From Octopus sinensis (lineage: Eukaryota), in assembly GCF_006345805.1 (NCBI RefSeq), contig NC_042997.1, positions 209,808,001 through 209,872,000 on the forward strand: DNA of 64,000 nt. Direction: 5' to 3'. The number at the start of each line of letters is the position of its first letter. Positions within the stretch are counted from its first letter, which is position 1. Under the pieces are notes generated by a model. That model did no database searches and had not been told where the DNA came from. It saw only the letters and a program-made list of their open reading frames with translations. Both the position numbers and the translations under genes were made by a program. This document shows, one piece after another, positions 14,961-27,590 of this stretch.

Positions 14961-15226
14961 TAACTATTACATTTGAATGGTGCTATTTACATGTCACCAG
15001 TACGGAAGCCAGGCAGCAATCACGCTCGGATGGTGCTCTTAGCGCTGCACTGGCACGGGTGCCAGTCATTGAATTTGTGAATTTGATTTTGATTTCACTT
15101 GCCTCAACAGGTCTTCGCAAGCAGAGTTTAGTGCAAGACTCATACACTGTTCACGTTCCTGATTCTATGTGTTATACATGCACATTTGATGAGTTGTAGT
15201 GCACCTGAGCTCTATACACAATTTTA

Positions 15227-15504
15227 TCATTTACAATTAACGGATATTTGTCGTCATCTTGTTTGTTGTTAACACAACATTTCGGCTGATATACCCTCCA
15301 GCCTTCATCAGGTGTCTTGGGGAAATTTCGAACTTGGGTTATCATTCCTCAGTTCCATTCCAGGAAGTGACCTGAATAATAATATCGAAAAATACCTTAG
15401 GAATTTCCCCAAGACACCTGATGAAGGCTGGAGGGTATATCAGCTGAAAAGTTGTGTTATCAACAAACAAGGTGAAGACAAATATCCATCAAATGTAAAT
15501 AATG
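15227..15504. mobile_element. Head-to-head foldback of a family-B hammerhead element (motifs at 15271-15316 minus and 15413-15458 plus)
   Basis: ~100-bp inverted arms, each reading GACAC-CTGATGA-A-GGCTG(gagggtatat)CAGCY-GAAA-NG-TT-GTGTT. Confidence 0.75.
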
Positions 15505-16046
15505 TAAATAATTCCTCATCTCTTAAATATAGAACTGAATTTTATTATTATTATTATTATTATTATTATATGAACACTGGCAGCGTATTGAGCAAATGGA
15601 AAAAACTAATGTAGGGGAAATAACTGTGTTTATACGAAATTAATGAGAATGTCTAAAAGAAAACAGGTGTGGAAAGGTGAGAATGTTGGTGTTCACAGGT
15701 GAGACGAGTGACAGTATGAGAGTTAAGCATTAAAACGATGATGATGATGATGATAATGAAAAATAGGATGAGGAGGAGGATGTAAAGCATAAACTGCAGC
15801 AATCTATTGCTAAACCAAAATTCTGTCTAATGATGTAACAGTTTGTCTCTGTCCCTTGTAATTTATTCAGTCACCCGGACAATTTGTTCTTTGCACCGAT
15901 ATTCCTTCTAAGCTGTGCATTTGTACACGCCCACACACGTTCTACAAAAAACATACAAAGGAAACAAATGTGTCTGCACACCAGGTTTTTTTTTTTAGAT
16001 GAAATCAGATTTATTTTTAAATTGAAGATGCCTATTTGCACTTACT

Positions 16047-16248
16047 CTACTCTTTTACTTGTTTCAGTCCTTTGACTGCGGCCATGCTGGAGCACCGCCT
16101 TTAGTCGAGCAAATCGACCCCGGGACTTATTCTTTGGAAGCCCAGTACTTATTCTATCGGTCTCTTTTGCCGAACCGCTAAGTGACGGCGACGTAAACAC
16201 ACCAGCATCAGTTGTCAAGCAATGCTAGGGGGACAAACACAGACACGC

Positions 16249-16281
<33 letters not shown>

Positions 16282-16444
16282 TACGACAGGCTTCTTTCAG
16301 TTTCCGTCTACCAAATCCACTCACAAGGCTTTGGTCGGCCCAAGGCTATAGTAGAAGACACTTGCCCAAGATGCTACGCAGTGGGACTGAACCCGGAACC
16401 ATGTGGCTGGGAAGCAAGCTACTTACCACACTGCCACTCCTGCA
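16047..16444 (-). mobile_element. tRNA-derived SINE family 1, representative full copy (others near 8100, 11403, 19283, 27608, 33735, 39113, 40135, 42176, 44860, 53050, 54515, 60011)
   Basis: Head TGGCTGTGTGG...GGTTCAGTCCC, conserved core CCTTGTGAGTGGATTTGGTAGACGGAAACTG, internal (TA)n/(TG)n and (GTAAAAGA)n tail. More than 12 copies in the window. Confidence 0.9.
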
Positions 16445-16629
16445 CATTTCTGTATATACCTCAAAAATAAGAGGGGGACATTGCTTTGTGTCCCCTCGAC
16501 TGCGTGAGTGTTTGATTTCATGTTATTCACCATGGTGCACGGGTTTGTCTTTTCTTTCCTTTGTACCAAGTAAAGATCAACCCTGATTTAGCTTTGCATC
16601 AATGATTCTAACAGGTGTGTGTCAACATA

Positions 16630-17725
16630 TAATAATAATAATAATAATAATAATGAAATTATTGTATACAGTGCTCGGGTGCACCACAACTTGTCAGAAA
16701 GTGCATATTAAGTACATGCAGTAATGTAGAAATGTCTGGAAAGCGAACAATGTACGAGTCAGATACAAGCTTGTGTGTGTATGGAGGGGAGAAAATCAAG
16801 TGTAGTGTTGGCGAATCTCAGGAAGCATGGAAGTTTTGAAGGATGCAGTGCTCCGACAACTAACAACCGATGCCAGCAGTTTGTTCCACGCTTCAGCAAC
16901 TCTTAGCGTGAAAAAATGTTTCCTGAAGTCATGGGAGCTGTGCTGTTTTCTGACTTTGTAAATATGTCCACGGGTGTTAGATGGGTGGAGTTTGAAGAGG
17001 TGCTCAGAGTTATTGTTTGTGCGATGGTTGATAATTTTATGGGTGTCTGCCAAGTCAGCTGCCAGACGTCGGAGTTTCAATGTGTCCATGCCCAGGGAAG
17101 TAAGGCATTCAGGATATGGCAAATGCCTGATGGAGAGTATTCTTTTGGTTGCACGTCGCTGAACAGCTTCCAGACGATTGATGTCCTGGGCAAGATAGGG
17201 GTTCCAGACCGGTGATGCAAATTCCAGGTGAGGTCTTACCATAGCTATATGAAGCCGCAGATAGATAGCTGGGGAGCGGCTCACAAAGGATTTGGTGAGT
17301 GATGCCAAGACACCCTCAGCCTTCTTGACAATTTTAGCGATGTGTTTTGTCCAACGCAAATCACTGTCGACAATAACACCCAGGTCACGTTCACTTGAAG
17401 ACTTTTTGAGACTAGTGTTGTGGAGGGAGTAGGTGGACGCTGGGTTTCTCCTCCCAAAATGCATGGTGGTACATTTGTCCACAGCCAGCTTGAGTTGCCA
17501 GTCCATGATCCACTGCTGCATTGTGTCCAGGTCTGCTTGCAATAGAGATCCATAGTGTACAGGATTTGACCTCTTTATTTCGAGGTACAGCTTGATGTCA
17601 TCTGCATATTTCAGCACTGTGGCATTCTTTAAGTTGGCATCTATGTCATTAACATATGCAACAAATAAAAGGGGGCCAAGAACAGATCCCTGTGGTACAC
17701 CAGATGTCATCTCATATTCTGCTAG
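16630..17725 (-). mobile_element. CR1-clade LINE 3' fragment with 304-aa open RT C-terminal ORF (16796-17710) and (ATT)n tail
   Basis: SGVPQGSVLGPLLF, KYADD, ERDLGV, VRPHLEFASPVWNP, TRGH and RVAEAWNKL motifs. Confidence 0.93.
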
Positions 17726-17849
17726 TCTCTGCCGATCAGAAAAAGACTGGTTTTATCAGAGAAAGTCCAGCTGATCCCTTGCTGGTTGGCCCAGTGGAAA
17801 GACGATTCTTTCACTCACAAACAATGAAAAGAATATGTTTACACCTCAT

Positions 17850-18480
17850 CATCATCATCCAGTGTTTTAAATTCGGGTTTTGTCCCTGTTAATGGGGGTG
17901 GCCAGATCTACTTCAATGCCATAGCAACTGCCTCACACCATCTCGCCCAGTTTTGGGCATCCTCCTTTTTCAAACCAACCCTCCCAATCTCCTCCGCCTC
18001 TACATTTTCCTTGGTCTCCCTTGCTTTCATGATCCATTTACTTGAAACGTAATCAAACTCCTCAACACATGTCCATACCACCTCACTCCATTCACCCTTG
18101 CCAACCATTCCATCAAGTCCTCCATCCTCCTCTTATCAAACAGTCTCACACCACACATTTCTCTCAGTCCTTCTCAAAATTACCATCTCTCTCTCTCCCT
18201 CAGACACCATGTCTCACTCCCATACTCATTGCAGCTCTCATACAACTCCTATTGACCCTTCCTTTCATCTTTAATGAGAACCTTCTCCCATATGATAATG
18301 CTCCACATTCCCTGAACTTCACCCAGCCAAGTCTCCCTCTTGCTGTCACATCCACCACTTACACATCCACCCTATCTCCCAAATAACAAAACCCTCTAAC
18401 CGTTTCCACCTACTCTGACAAATCATTTTCACATAAGCTCTCATCTCCTAGTTTAGTCACCTTTATCCATGGCATAGCCC
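17850..18480 (-). mobile_element. Old RTE-like LINE 3' fragment (different subfamily)
   Basis: Degenerate ...RVGLKKEDAQNWARW C-terminus and a (GAT)n tail at ~17850. Confidence 0.55.
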
Positions 18481-20816
18481 CACTCAGTCAGAGGCGATCT
18501 TAGTCTTGGAGACTGTATGGTTCTCACTAGTGCCAGTACCATGAGAAAAAAGCTCCCAGCACACTCTGTAAAGTGGTTGGCATTAAGGGCATCCATCTAT
18601 AGAAACTGCACCAAAGCAGACATTGGAGTATGATGCAGTCTTTGGATCCATCAGATCCTGTCAGATCATCCAGCCTATGGCAGTGTAGATGATGGACATT
18701 GAAAGATGATGATAATGGTGAGATGCTGAAAAATTTTCATGTACAAACACAATATTGTAAAATTGTGAAGACATCCGCTTACACAGTCGCATACACACAA
18801 TAAGCTGAGAATGTCTCAAGACAGAAAGAAATGTGACATTTCACACTCCCTCTTCTCTGACTATTATCTACCACAGACACACAATGAAAGCAATGTGTCT
18901 ACACATCATTATCATTTAACGTCCGTTTTCAATGTTGGGCATGGATCGGTCAGTTTGGCAGGAGCTGGCAAGCCAGAGGGCTGCACCAGGCTCCCATTGT
19001 CTGACCTGGCATGGTTTCTATGGCCGAATGCCCTTCCTAATGCCAACCACTTTACAGAGTGTACTGGGTGCTTTACATGTGGCACCAGCATGGGCACTTT
19101 TATATGGCACCAGCCCTATGAAAAATAACATTCTCACATACAAATACATAAATCTACAATTATTATCCAGTTGTTAAAGCCTTTCTTTTACCTGTCAAAC
19201 TCAGTCAAGTTGAGAACATTTTGAATTTGTCCCCACACCCAAACACATTAATGTCTATCACAAAGGTGACAACTTTGTATCTTTTATCTTTTACTGGTTC
19301 CAATCATTAGACTGCAGCCATGCTGGAGCACCGTTTTGGAGAATTTCAGTTGAACAAATCAAACCCAGTACTTATTCTATGTCTTTTTTGCTGAATCGTT
19401 AAGTAACAAGGATGTAAATATACTAACACCGGTTGTCAAGCAGTGGTGAGAGACTAACACAAACATATACACCATTTAATGTCCACTTTTCGTGTTGTAG
19501 GGCTTCTTTCAGTTTCTGTCTACCAAATCCACTCACATGGTCAACTCTAAGTTTTAGTAGAAGACACTTGCCCAAGGTGCCATGCAGTGGTATTGAACCT
19601 GGTCTCACCGCAATGCCTATGCCTGTCAGGGTTCTTCCTGCATAACAGCAGATCCCAAAGACTGGCTGGCTTCAGTCAGAAACTATTTCAACCTTGAAAA
19701 ACTGTAAGCCTCTAGAAAACTACAAGGGAGACCCCACAATGACCTACCGTCCCCAGTTGTCAAACAGTAGTAGGGGACAAACACACACACATATATATAT
19801 ATGCGACTGGCTTCTTTCAGTTTCCATCGACCAAATCCATTTACAAGGCTTTGGTCATTTCAAGGTTATAGTAGACATTTGTCCAAGGTGCCACTGAGTG
19901 AGAATGAACCGAGAACCATGTGGTTGGGAAGCAAGCTTCTTACCACACAGCCACGCCTGCACCTATAAGATTCCATAACTTTGCATGACATCATCATCAT
20001 CATCGTTTAATGTCCGTTCTCCATGCTAGCATGGGTTGGACGGTTCAACCGGGGATCTGGGAAGCCAGAAGGCTGCACCAGGCTCCAGTCTTATCTGGCA
20101 GTGTTTCTACAGCTGGATGCCCTTCCTAATGAACTGGAATGCACACCCACTAAGTACTAGAAATAGTAACACAGAAAAACTCATTGTAGGTTTGTACACG
20201 TGATTCATCATCATCGTCGTCGTTTAACGTCCGTTTTCCATGCTGGCATGGGTTGGACGGTTTGACTGAGGACTGGTGAACCAGAAGGCTGCACCAGGCT
20301 CCAATCTTGATCTGGCAGAGTTTCTACAGCTGGATGCCCTTCCTAACGCCAACCACTCCGAGACTGTAGTGGGTGCTTTTATGTGCCACTGGCACAAGGG
20401 CCGTCAGGTGGTTCTGGCAATGATCATGCTCAAAAGGTGTTTTTTATGTGCTACCTGCATGGGAGGCAGTTTGGCGGCACTGGCAACGACCACGCTTGAA
20501 TGTCGTTTCCCACGTGCTGGTAAGGCGACGCTGGCAACGATCACGCTCAAATGGTGCTTTTTGCATGCCAATCCGTGGCCCTGGCAACAATCACGCTCGG
20601 ATGTGCTTTTAATGTTCCACTGGCACAAGTGCCAATCCGTGGCCCTGGTAACAATCACGCTCAGATGTGCTTTTAATGTTCCACTGGCACAAGTGTCAAT
20701 CAAGCAGTACTGTCATCAGCCATGTCAGCGATTTTGATTTTGATTTCACTTGCCTCAATAGGTCTAAAATTATTTCTTCTGCATTATTTTCTCATCGATA
20801 TGTATTTGTACAATTT

Positions 20817-23800
20817 TAACACTGTCCCAGGGTCTCTAGAGCCCATGCCTCCCACACCCTCAGGGTTGGCACCCTCAACGTTAGCACACTGAAAGGTAGG
20901 TCTGGTGAGATAGTCGAGATGCTTGAACGGAGATGTGTGGATATATGTTGCATGCAAGAAATAAGGTAGAGAGGAGGATCAGCTAGGTTCCTCACAGGCA
21001 AGGAACGCAGGTACAAGATTTTCTGGGCAGGGAACACTGACGGGGTTGGTGGCATGGGTATACTTATCGCTGAGAAATGGGTAGATAAAGTAATTGAGGT
21101 AATCAGAGTATGTGACAGAATACTTAAGATTAAATTAGTGCTTCATCATAGTTTAGCAACCATTATATCAGCCTATGCTCCTCAGTCGGGGCTATCCGAT
21201 GGACAGAAAGACCGATTCTATGACACTCTACTGCAGACTACCTCGTTGACGAACGACAGAGACCTTCTCTTTGTGGCTGGTGACTTCAATGGTCACATTG
21301 GACGACATGCTGGGGGCTTCCATGGCGTACATGGAGGCTATGGCTTTGGCTCCCGCAACGAGGAGGGAACCAGGCTGCTGGAGTTCTGCGATGCAAATAA
21401 TCTTATGATTTGCAACACTAACTTCAGGAAACCTACCAGCCACCTAGTCACTTACCGATCGGGCCAACATACCAGCCAAATTGACTACATCCTTGCCAGG
21501 CAAAGGGAGAGATGGCTGCTTATAAATGCCAAAACCTTCCCAGGTGAAGAATGTACCCCACAACATAGACTGGTAGTTAGTGACTTTAGGATCAGGACTA
21601 GGACAACCAGAAGACGACCAACATGGAGAAGAAGGATCTGGAAGCTTAAGGATCCTGCAAATGGACAGAGATTTAGAGACATATTACTTGAAGCCTCTGA
21701 CGAAGTAGAAGGGGATAGAGCATCACAGGGGGTAGAAGACAACTGGACGTTTCTAAGGGACAACCTGTTGAGAGCCACTGACCAGATCTGTGGCTGGTGC
21801 AAAGTCCCCTCTCGTCCCAAGGTAAGTCCCCTCTCGACCTAGAATAACGTGGTGGTGAAACAATATTGTAGACAGGGCTATTGGAGAAAAGAGACAGGCT
21901 TGGAAGGTCTGGAAAAATGGGGGTAGCAGGGAATTGTATCAGACTGCCAAAAGAGAAGCTAAGAGACAGGTTTATTTAGCCAGAGGGGAAGCAGATAAGA
22001 AAAAATTTGCCAATGTTCTGCACCGTGAGGACCAAAGACTGGAGGTGTTTCACGTTGCAAGACAGTGTGTGAGAGAGAATCGTGATGTGGTAGGAGAGAA
22101 GTGTGTTCGCATGGAAGATGGTTCACTTGCGCTAAATGAGGATGCAAAGAGAGAGGTTTGGAGATGCCACTATGAAAGGTTGCTGAATAAAGAAAATGAA
22201 TGGGATAAAGAGAGTCTGCCGAATGTTGACCCAACAGAGGGACCAGCTATTCGAGTTGATAGTTCCGTGGTAGCTAAGGCAATTAGAAGCATGAAGACAG
22301 GGAAAGCCCCAGGCCCATCAGGAATCACTGCAGAGATGCTCAAAATGTCTGGTAGTGTCGGCTATAGCCTAGTCACCCGTATAGTTAATCAGGTGATACA
22401 CAAAGGAGTCATACCCAATGACTGGTGTAGCAGCATAATAGTCAACTGCTACAAAGGTAAAGGTGATGCCCTAGATACAAATAACTATAATTAGAGGTAT
22501 CAAGCTGTTGGATCAGGTGATGAAGGTTACGGAGAGGGTCATAGCCCAACTAATTAGAGAGAGAGTTAGTTTAGATGAGATGCAGTTTGGGTTTGTACCA
22601 GGGAAAAGTACTACTGATGCTATATTCCTGGTAAGGCAGCTGCAGGAGAAATACCTAGCCAAAGATAAGCCCCTGTACCTGGCTTTTGTTGACATGGAGA
22701 AAGCCTTCGACAGGGTCCCCCGATCCCTTATCTGGTGGTCAATGAGGAAACTAGGGATAGATGAATGGTTAGTGAGAGCTGTGCGGGCCATGTATAGGGA
22801 CGCTGCTAGTAAGGTGAGGGTTGGAAACAAGTACAGTGAAGAATTCCGGGTAGAGGTAGGGGTCCACCAAGGCTCAGTCCTCAGCCCCCTCCTATTTATC
22901 ATAGTCCTCCAGGCAATAACGGAGGAATTCAAGACAGGATGCCCTTGGGAGCTCCTCTATGCTGATGACCTTGCTCTAATTGCTGAGTCGCTATCAGAAC
23001 TGGAGGAGAAGTTTCAGGTGTGGAAACAAGGATTAGAATCGAAGAGCCTCAGAGTCAATCTAGCTAAAACCAAAGATGGTTTTTGTATGTGGCAGATGCT
23101 CAGGAACAATAAACACTGAAAATGCTCTGAGACCAACTTCCGTCACTTTCCAGGGAGAAAAACTAGAAATAGTTGATAGTTTCCATTACCTAGGTGACCA
23201 AGTCAGCAGCGGGGGCGGGTGTGCTGAAAGTGTAACTGCTAGAGTAAGAGTAGCTTGGGCAAAGTTCAGAGAGCTCTTACCTCTGATGGTGACAAAAGGC
23301 CTCTCGCACAGAGTGAAAGGCAGACTGTATGATGCGTGTGTACGAACAGCCATGCTACATGGCAGTGAAACATGGGCCGTGACTGCTGAGGATATGCGTA
23401 AGCTCGCAAGAAATGAAGCCAGTATGCTCCGATGGATGTGTAATGTCAGTACTCATACTCGGCAGAGTGTAAGTACCTTGAGAGAAAAGCTGGACCTAAG
23501 AAGCATCAGTTGTGGTGTGCAAGAGAGACGTTTGCAGTGGTATGGTCATGTGGCGAGAATGGATGAAGATAGCTGTGTGAAAAAGTGCCACACCCTAGCG
23601 GTTGAGGGAACCTGCGGAAGAGGCAGACCCAGGAAAACCTGGGACGAGGTGGTGAAGCACGACCTTCGAACTTTAGGTCTCACTGAGGAAATGACTAGAG
23701 ACCGAGACCTCTGGAAGTGTGCTGTGCGCGAGAAGACCCGGCAGGACAAGTGAGTCCATAACCCGTGGCCTTCTACATGGGATGGAGCCAGCCTACGTAT

Positions 23801-24383
23801 GCATACCTTCCCTTCTTGGGACACAAAACTCTACTTGTGAAGACCTGTTGAGGCAAGTGAGGATCAGAATCGAAATCGATCAATGGAAATCACAGATGTG
23901 TTACCAGTGCCGGTGGCATGTCGAAACTCTACTTGTGAAGACCTGTTGAGGCAAGTGAGGATCAGAATCGAAATCGATCAATGGAAATTGCAGATGTGTT
24001 ACCAGTGCCGGTGGCATGTAAGAGAATCTTCCGTTTCGCGACCGTTGCCAGCGCCGCCCCGACTGGCCTCGTGCCGATGGCACGTAAAAAGCACCATCCA
24101 TTCCTGTCCGTTGCCAGCCTCGCCTGGCCCTCGTGCCGGTGGCACATAAAAAGCACCATCCGTTCGTGACCGTTTGCCAGCTCTGTCTGGCACCTGTGCG
24201 GGTGGCACATAAAAAGCACCCACTACACTCACGGAGTGGTTGGCGTTAGGAAGGGCATCCAGCCGTAGAAACACTGCCAGATCTGACTGGGCCTGATGAA
24301 GCCTTCTGGCTTCACGGACCCCAGTTGAACCGTCCAACCCATGCTAGCATGGAAAACGGACGCTAAACGATGATGATGATGAT
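20817..24383 (+). mobile_element. Near full-length RTE-clade LINE (APE + RT + 3'UTR + (GAT)n tail), inactivated
   Basis: Starts TLRVGTLNVSTL...CMQE (APE N-terminus) and includes LLYADD. The ORF ends at TGA 23753, followed by a repetitive 3'UTR and (GAT)n. A few stops and frameshifts. Confidence 0.96.
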
Positions 24384-25261
24384 TAACATCAATCACCAAC
24401 ACAAACATAATTACTAATATACAAAGAGGGGAAATGATATAGTTTTTATTCCCATTCGTCATACGAACTAGGATAATATGAGCAATGATCCCAGCAAAGG
24501 CATCAACTAGCAGAAGCTTTCTATTTCTTCAACAACAGCTAACGAATATGGAAAAATACTGGAATCAACACAATTTGGCCGATGCTGGATTAAACTTGAT
24601 AATTTGGAAAAAATGTTTTTATTGATGTCTGTAGGAAGTGGTGCCCTGAAGAGCAAGAAAGGGAGAAGGCAGAAAGAGTCAGTTTTATATCCTTACGCTA
24701 ATTAAAAGTGTGTGGGTATGTGTGTGTATATATTTAAAATAATAAGGATGAAAAATTGAACATTAATTTGATTAATATCAATTTAAAACCAGTGGTCTAG
24801 CATATAGAAAAATCTGAAGATTCAGAAAAATTATATTACATACATATAAGAGAGATAACCACTACGTGGATAACCCTTGTGCTAGAAGTAGATCCGCTAT
24901 GGTCTTACCTCTAAGAAAGGAATGTTCTCAAGAAAATTTAGAAAACGGCAGAACGTAAGTGAGCAAGACAAATGAAAAGAAACATATATATAAAACGAGG
25001 TTAGTGAAAAAAAATGTTAATTATTTCAATAAGTGTGGGCGACAACTCTAAAAGGTTTCAGTCCTTTTCTGACCTCTTCAACGAAGTAAAACTTTGCTCT
25101 CTCTAATAAATACACTAACCTGCCAATTGGTTTTGATGTGTAGTCTCTGAGTTAATATATTTTATATATTGTATACTGTCTGGCTGTAGCCAAGAAAGGC
25201 AAAGCACCCAATGAAAAATTCCATGATGGAGTGAAGGTGTGTGTCAGCATAAGTGGTACAT

Positions 25262-25456
25262 ACAGTTCTATATTTAAGAGATGAGGAATTATTTATATTT
25301 GCCGGGTATTTGTCCTCACCTTCTTTGTTGTTAGCACAACATTTCGGCTGATATATGCTCCAGCCCTCATCAGGTGTCTTGGGGAAATTTCGAACCTGGG
25401 TTCTCATTCCTAAGGTATTTTTCAATGTTATTATTATTATTATCATTCAGGTCACT
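25262..25456 (-). mobile_element. Family-B hammerhead element, single copy (motif 25333-25378)
   Basis: Same body, (AAT)n linker and GACAC-CTGATGA-GGGCTG...CAGCC-GAAA-TG-TT-GTGCT motif as the 15.3 kb and 32.0 kb copies. Confidence 0.72.
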
Positions 25457-27058
25457 ACTTAATAATAATAATAACAACCAATCGTAAAATGTGTCTCAGA
25501 CATGGGGAGTTCTTATTTCTCTTATATTTCTGTCTGAAAAAGTCATTCACAAAGACATTACGTCTGGGACGTGGGGGATTCTTGGGGTGAGATGGGTTTC
25601 TGTATGTTTGAGTGAAGCTGCTTTGTCATGTGGTGAAGGGTTCAATGGAATTTCCCATTTTGTGTCTTGGATGAGTATTTGGAGTCCTGGAGAGGGTATT
25701 GGTTATTCTTGGTTCTGGATGGTCATTCTGGTATTGTTCCGGTAGTGACTTTCTTCCAGTTGTATGGAGTTCATAGATTTTAGTTTTTTTTCAAGAAGGA
25801 GTTATCAGGTTGGTACTCCTCCTTGAATTTTACCTCATAGTGATTGAACCAATCGTTATATATATATATAATAACAAAGGGTAAAATTAATTAATTAAGA
25901 AGTAATTAATAATTTCACCAAGTAGAATTCGGTATGAAAAAAGGACCATTTCACGGTAAGAAATAGCTAAGATTTTGGCTGCTATTTCTAAACTTCGGTG
26001 TGTGGTGAAGCAAATCGTTGCTGAACCCTTTTATTAGTATATATATATATATACATACACTGACACACATATACATTAACGCTATATACATATACAAATT
26101 CATGCTATACATATTGTATAACTTGAGTATACACACATAACAGAAGTTATATATCTGTTATACAGTATGTAAATTAAACTATGTGACATGTTATAAGTCT
26201 TATAAACATACTAGATATATAACACCTAAGTTTTACAATATATACTAAACATGCTGGGTGTATTCTGTACTAATTAAATATACACATTCTAGGTGTACTA
26301 TACAATAATTATGTATATCCTAGATACACAAGTTTACAAGGGTTGGGTGTTGGTCCTGCTGGAAACAGTAGCCAAACCTCCCTTAAATCTCATTATACCG
26401 TCAGATACACTAAATGAATTTAAGACAGGGCAGTCATTAATGGAATGTCTTTGAGTAAAGGTCTACTGGTACAGGATGGGACAACCAGAACAAAGGATAT
26501 TATTGAGTGATAGGTAGACTTAGGGAATAGCTGTCCCACATAAGTTAGAATTCCGAGTAAACTTTTTCAGAAAAATGCATTTTTCAAGGTGAGGGGAGAT
26601 TCTACATTAGCCCCGAAATTTTTCCGTTTTATTCAGGGTCTTTCCACTTTTTCTCACACGTTTCGAAACAAATGGGGTGGGAATGAACCTTTAAAAAACA
26701 TAAAGGTTCCCCTCTACTGTTTTGAAATGTGTCACACCAATAAACTTGGTGAAACCGCGACCAAAACGGACAAATTTCAACTTATGTTGGACAGTTATAC
26801 CGAAAATTCGCCAAATAAAGTTAAGAAACAGCAGCTGAATAAAAGAGGGGTCAGTCGTCATTTTAGGAACGAAACAATATTAGAACAAGAACAAATTGAA
26901 ATAACAATAAAAAAAAAAGGAATTGTTGTTGGTTAATGAATAAAACAAAGAATTGTGTAAAAAAACTGTCATCTTTAATGGTCAGATTTTGGTTAGATGG
27001 AATTGGAATAAATAAACAAGAGGAACATTTACATTTACAGAGGTCAGTGGAGTCCGTT

Positions 27059-27349
27059 TCAGTTGTGGATCGGGGTTCGAATCCGAGACGTTCCCAGCTG
27101 AGGTTTGGGGTCGTAACCAATTCGTTCTTGAATCTCGCGAATAAACTGGGCCTTCGTTTTGCTGCCGGGTGTCGTGTCCCCGCTGCATGTTCCTGGCAGG
27201 GCTCCCGTCGACGACGACGAACACTGCTCCCCGACCGCATCCACGGACATCTTCTGCGCATTCTGCTTCAGCCTCTCGTTCTTCATCGCTTCGTATTCTT
27301 TGATGTCTTCCAGTTTCAATTCAATCCGGGTCGGGTTACGGCGCAGCAT
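27059..27349 (-). CDS. CDC26: Anaphase-promoting complex subunit CDC26 (APC12), 96 aa, intronless CDS
   Basis: The ORF from the ATG at 27349 reads MLRRNPTRIELKLEDIKEYE, the conserved CDC26 N-terminus (MLRRKPTRLELKLDDIEEF). It ends with the ERIGYxPK motif and lies in a locally CpG-rich island. Confidence 0.95.
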   Translation of the reverse strand: MLRRNPTRIELKLEDIKEYEAMKNERLKQNAQKMSVDAVGEQCSSSSTGALPGTCSGDTTPGSKTKAQFIREIQERIGYDPKPQLGTSRIRTPIHN

Positions 27350-27409
27350 TTTCGCTCGATATGGACGGCAATAAACCAACGTCGGTCCTCTCTCTCTGTC
27401 TCTCCCAAA

Positions 27410-27590
27410 CTGTCAAACAGTGGCAGTTAATGTCAGATTAATAAACATAAAACGGAAAGACGAGGAAATGGATTCCAAGACAGATTTCCAGTTACCGCGC
27501 TTTTAGACCAACATGGTGGCTGACGGTGTCAGGCGAAATAATGTTCCTCCTTTATAAACAGACCGACCGGTCGTTGGCGCATGTTCTTTC
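27410..27590 (-). promoter_or_regulatory. Probable CDC26 promoter/5'UTR with a small 5'UTR intron (27410-27495) and a YY1-like CAACATGGTGGC motif
   Basis: CpG-rich unique sequence upstream of the ATG. On the minus strand there is a donor gcg|GTAACT at 27495 and a pyrimidine tract plus tttgacAG acceptor at 27410. The AACATGGTGGC element is at ~27510-27520. Confidence 0.45.

Noticed and set aside
20817-23753. Active RTE or domesticated RT gene
   Set aside because: In-frame stops, frameshifts and an internal deletion break the ORF.
26863-27430. Overlapping 132-164 aa ORFs around CDC26
   Set aside because: Alternate-frame and antisense shadows of the GC-rich CDC26 CDS.
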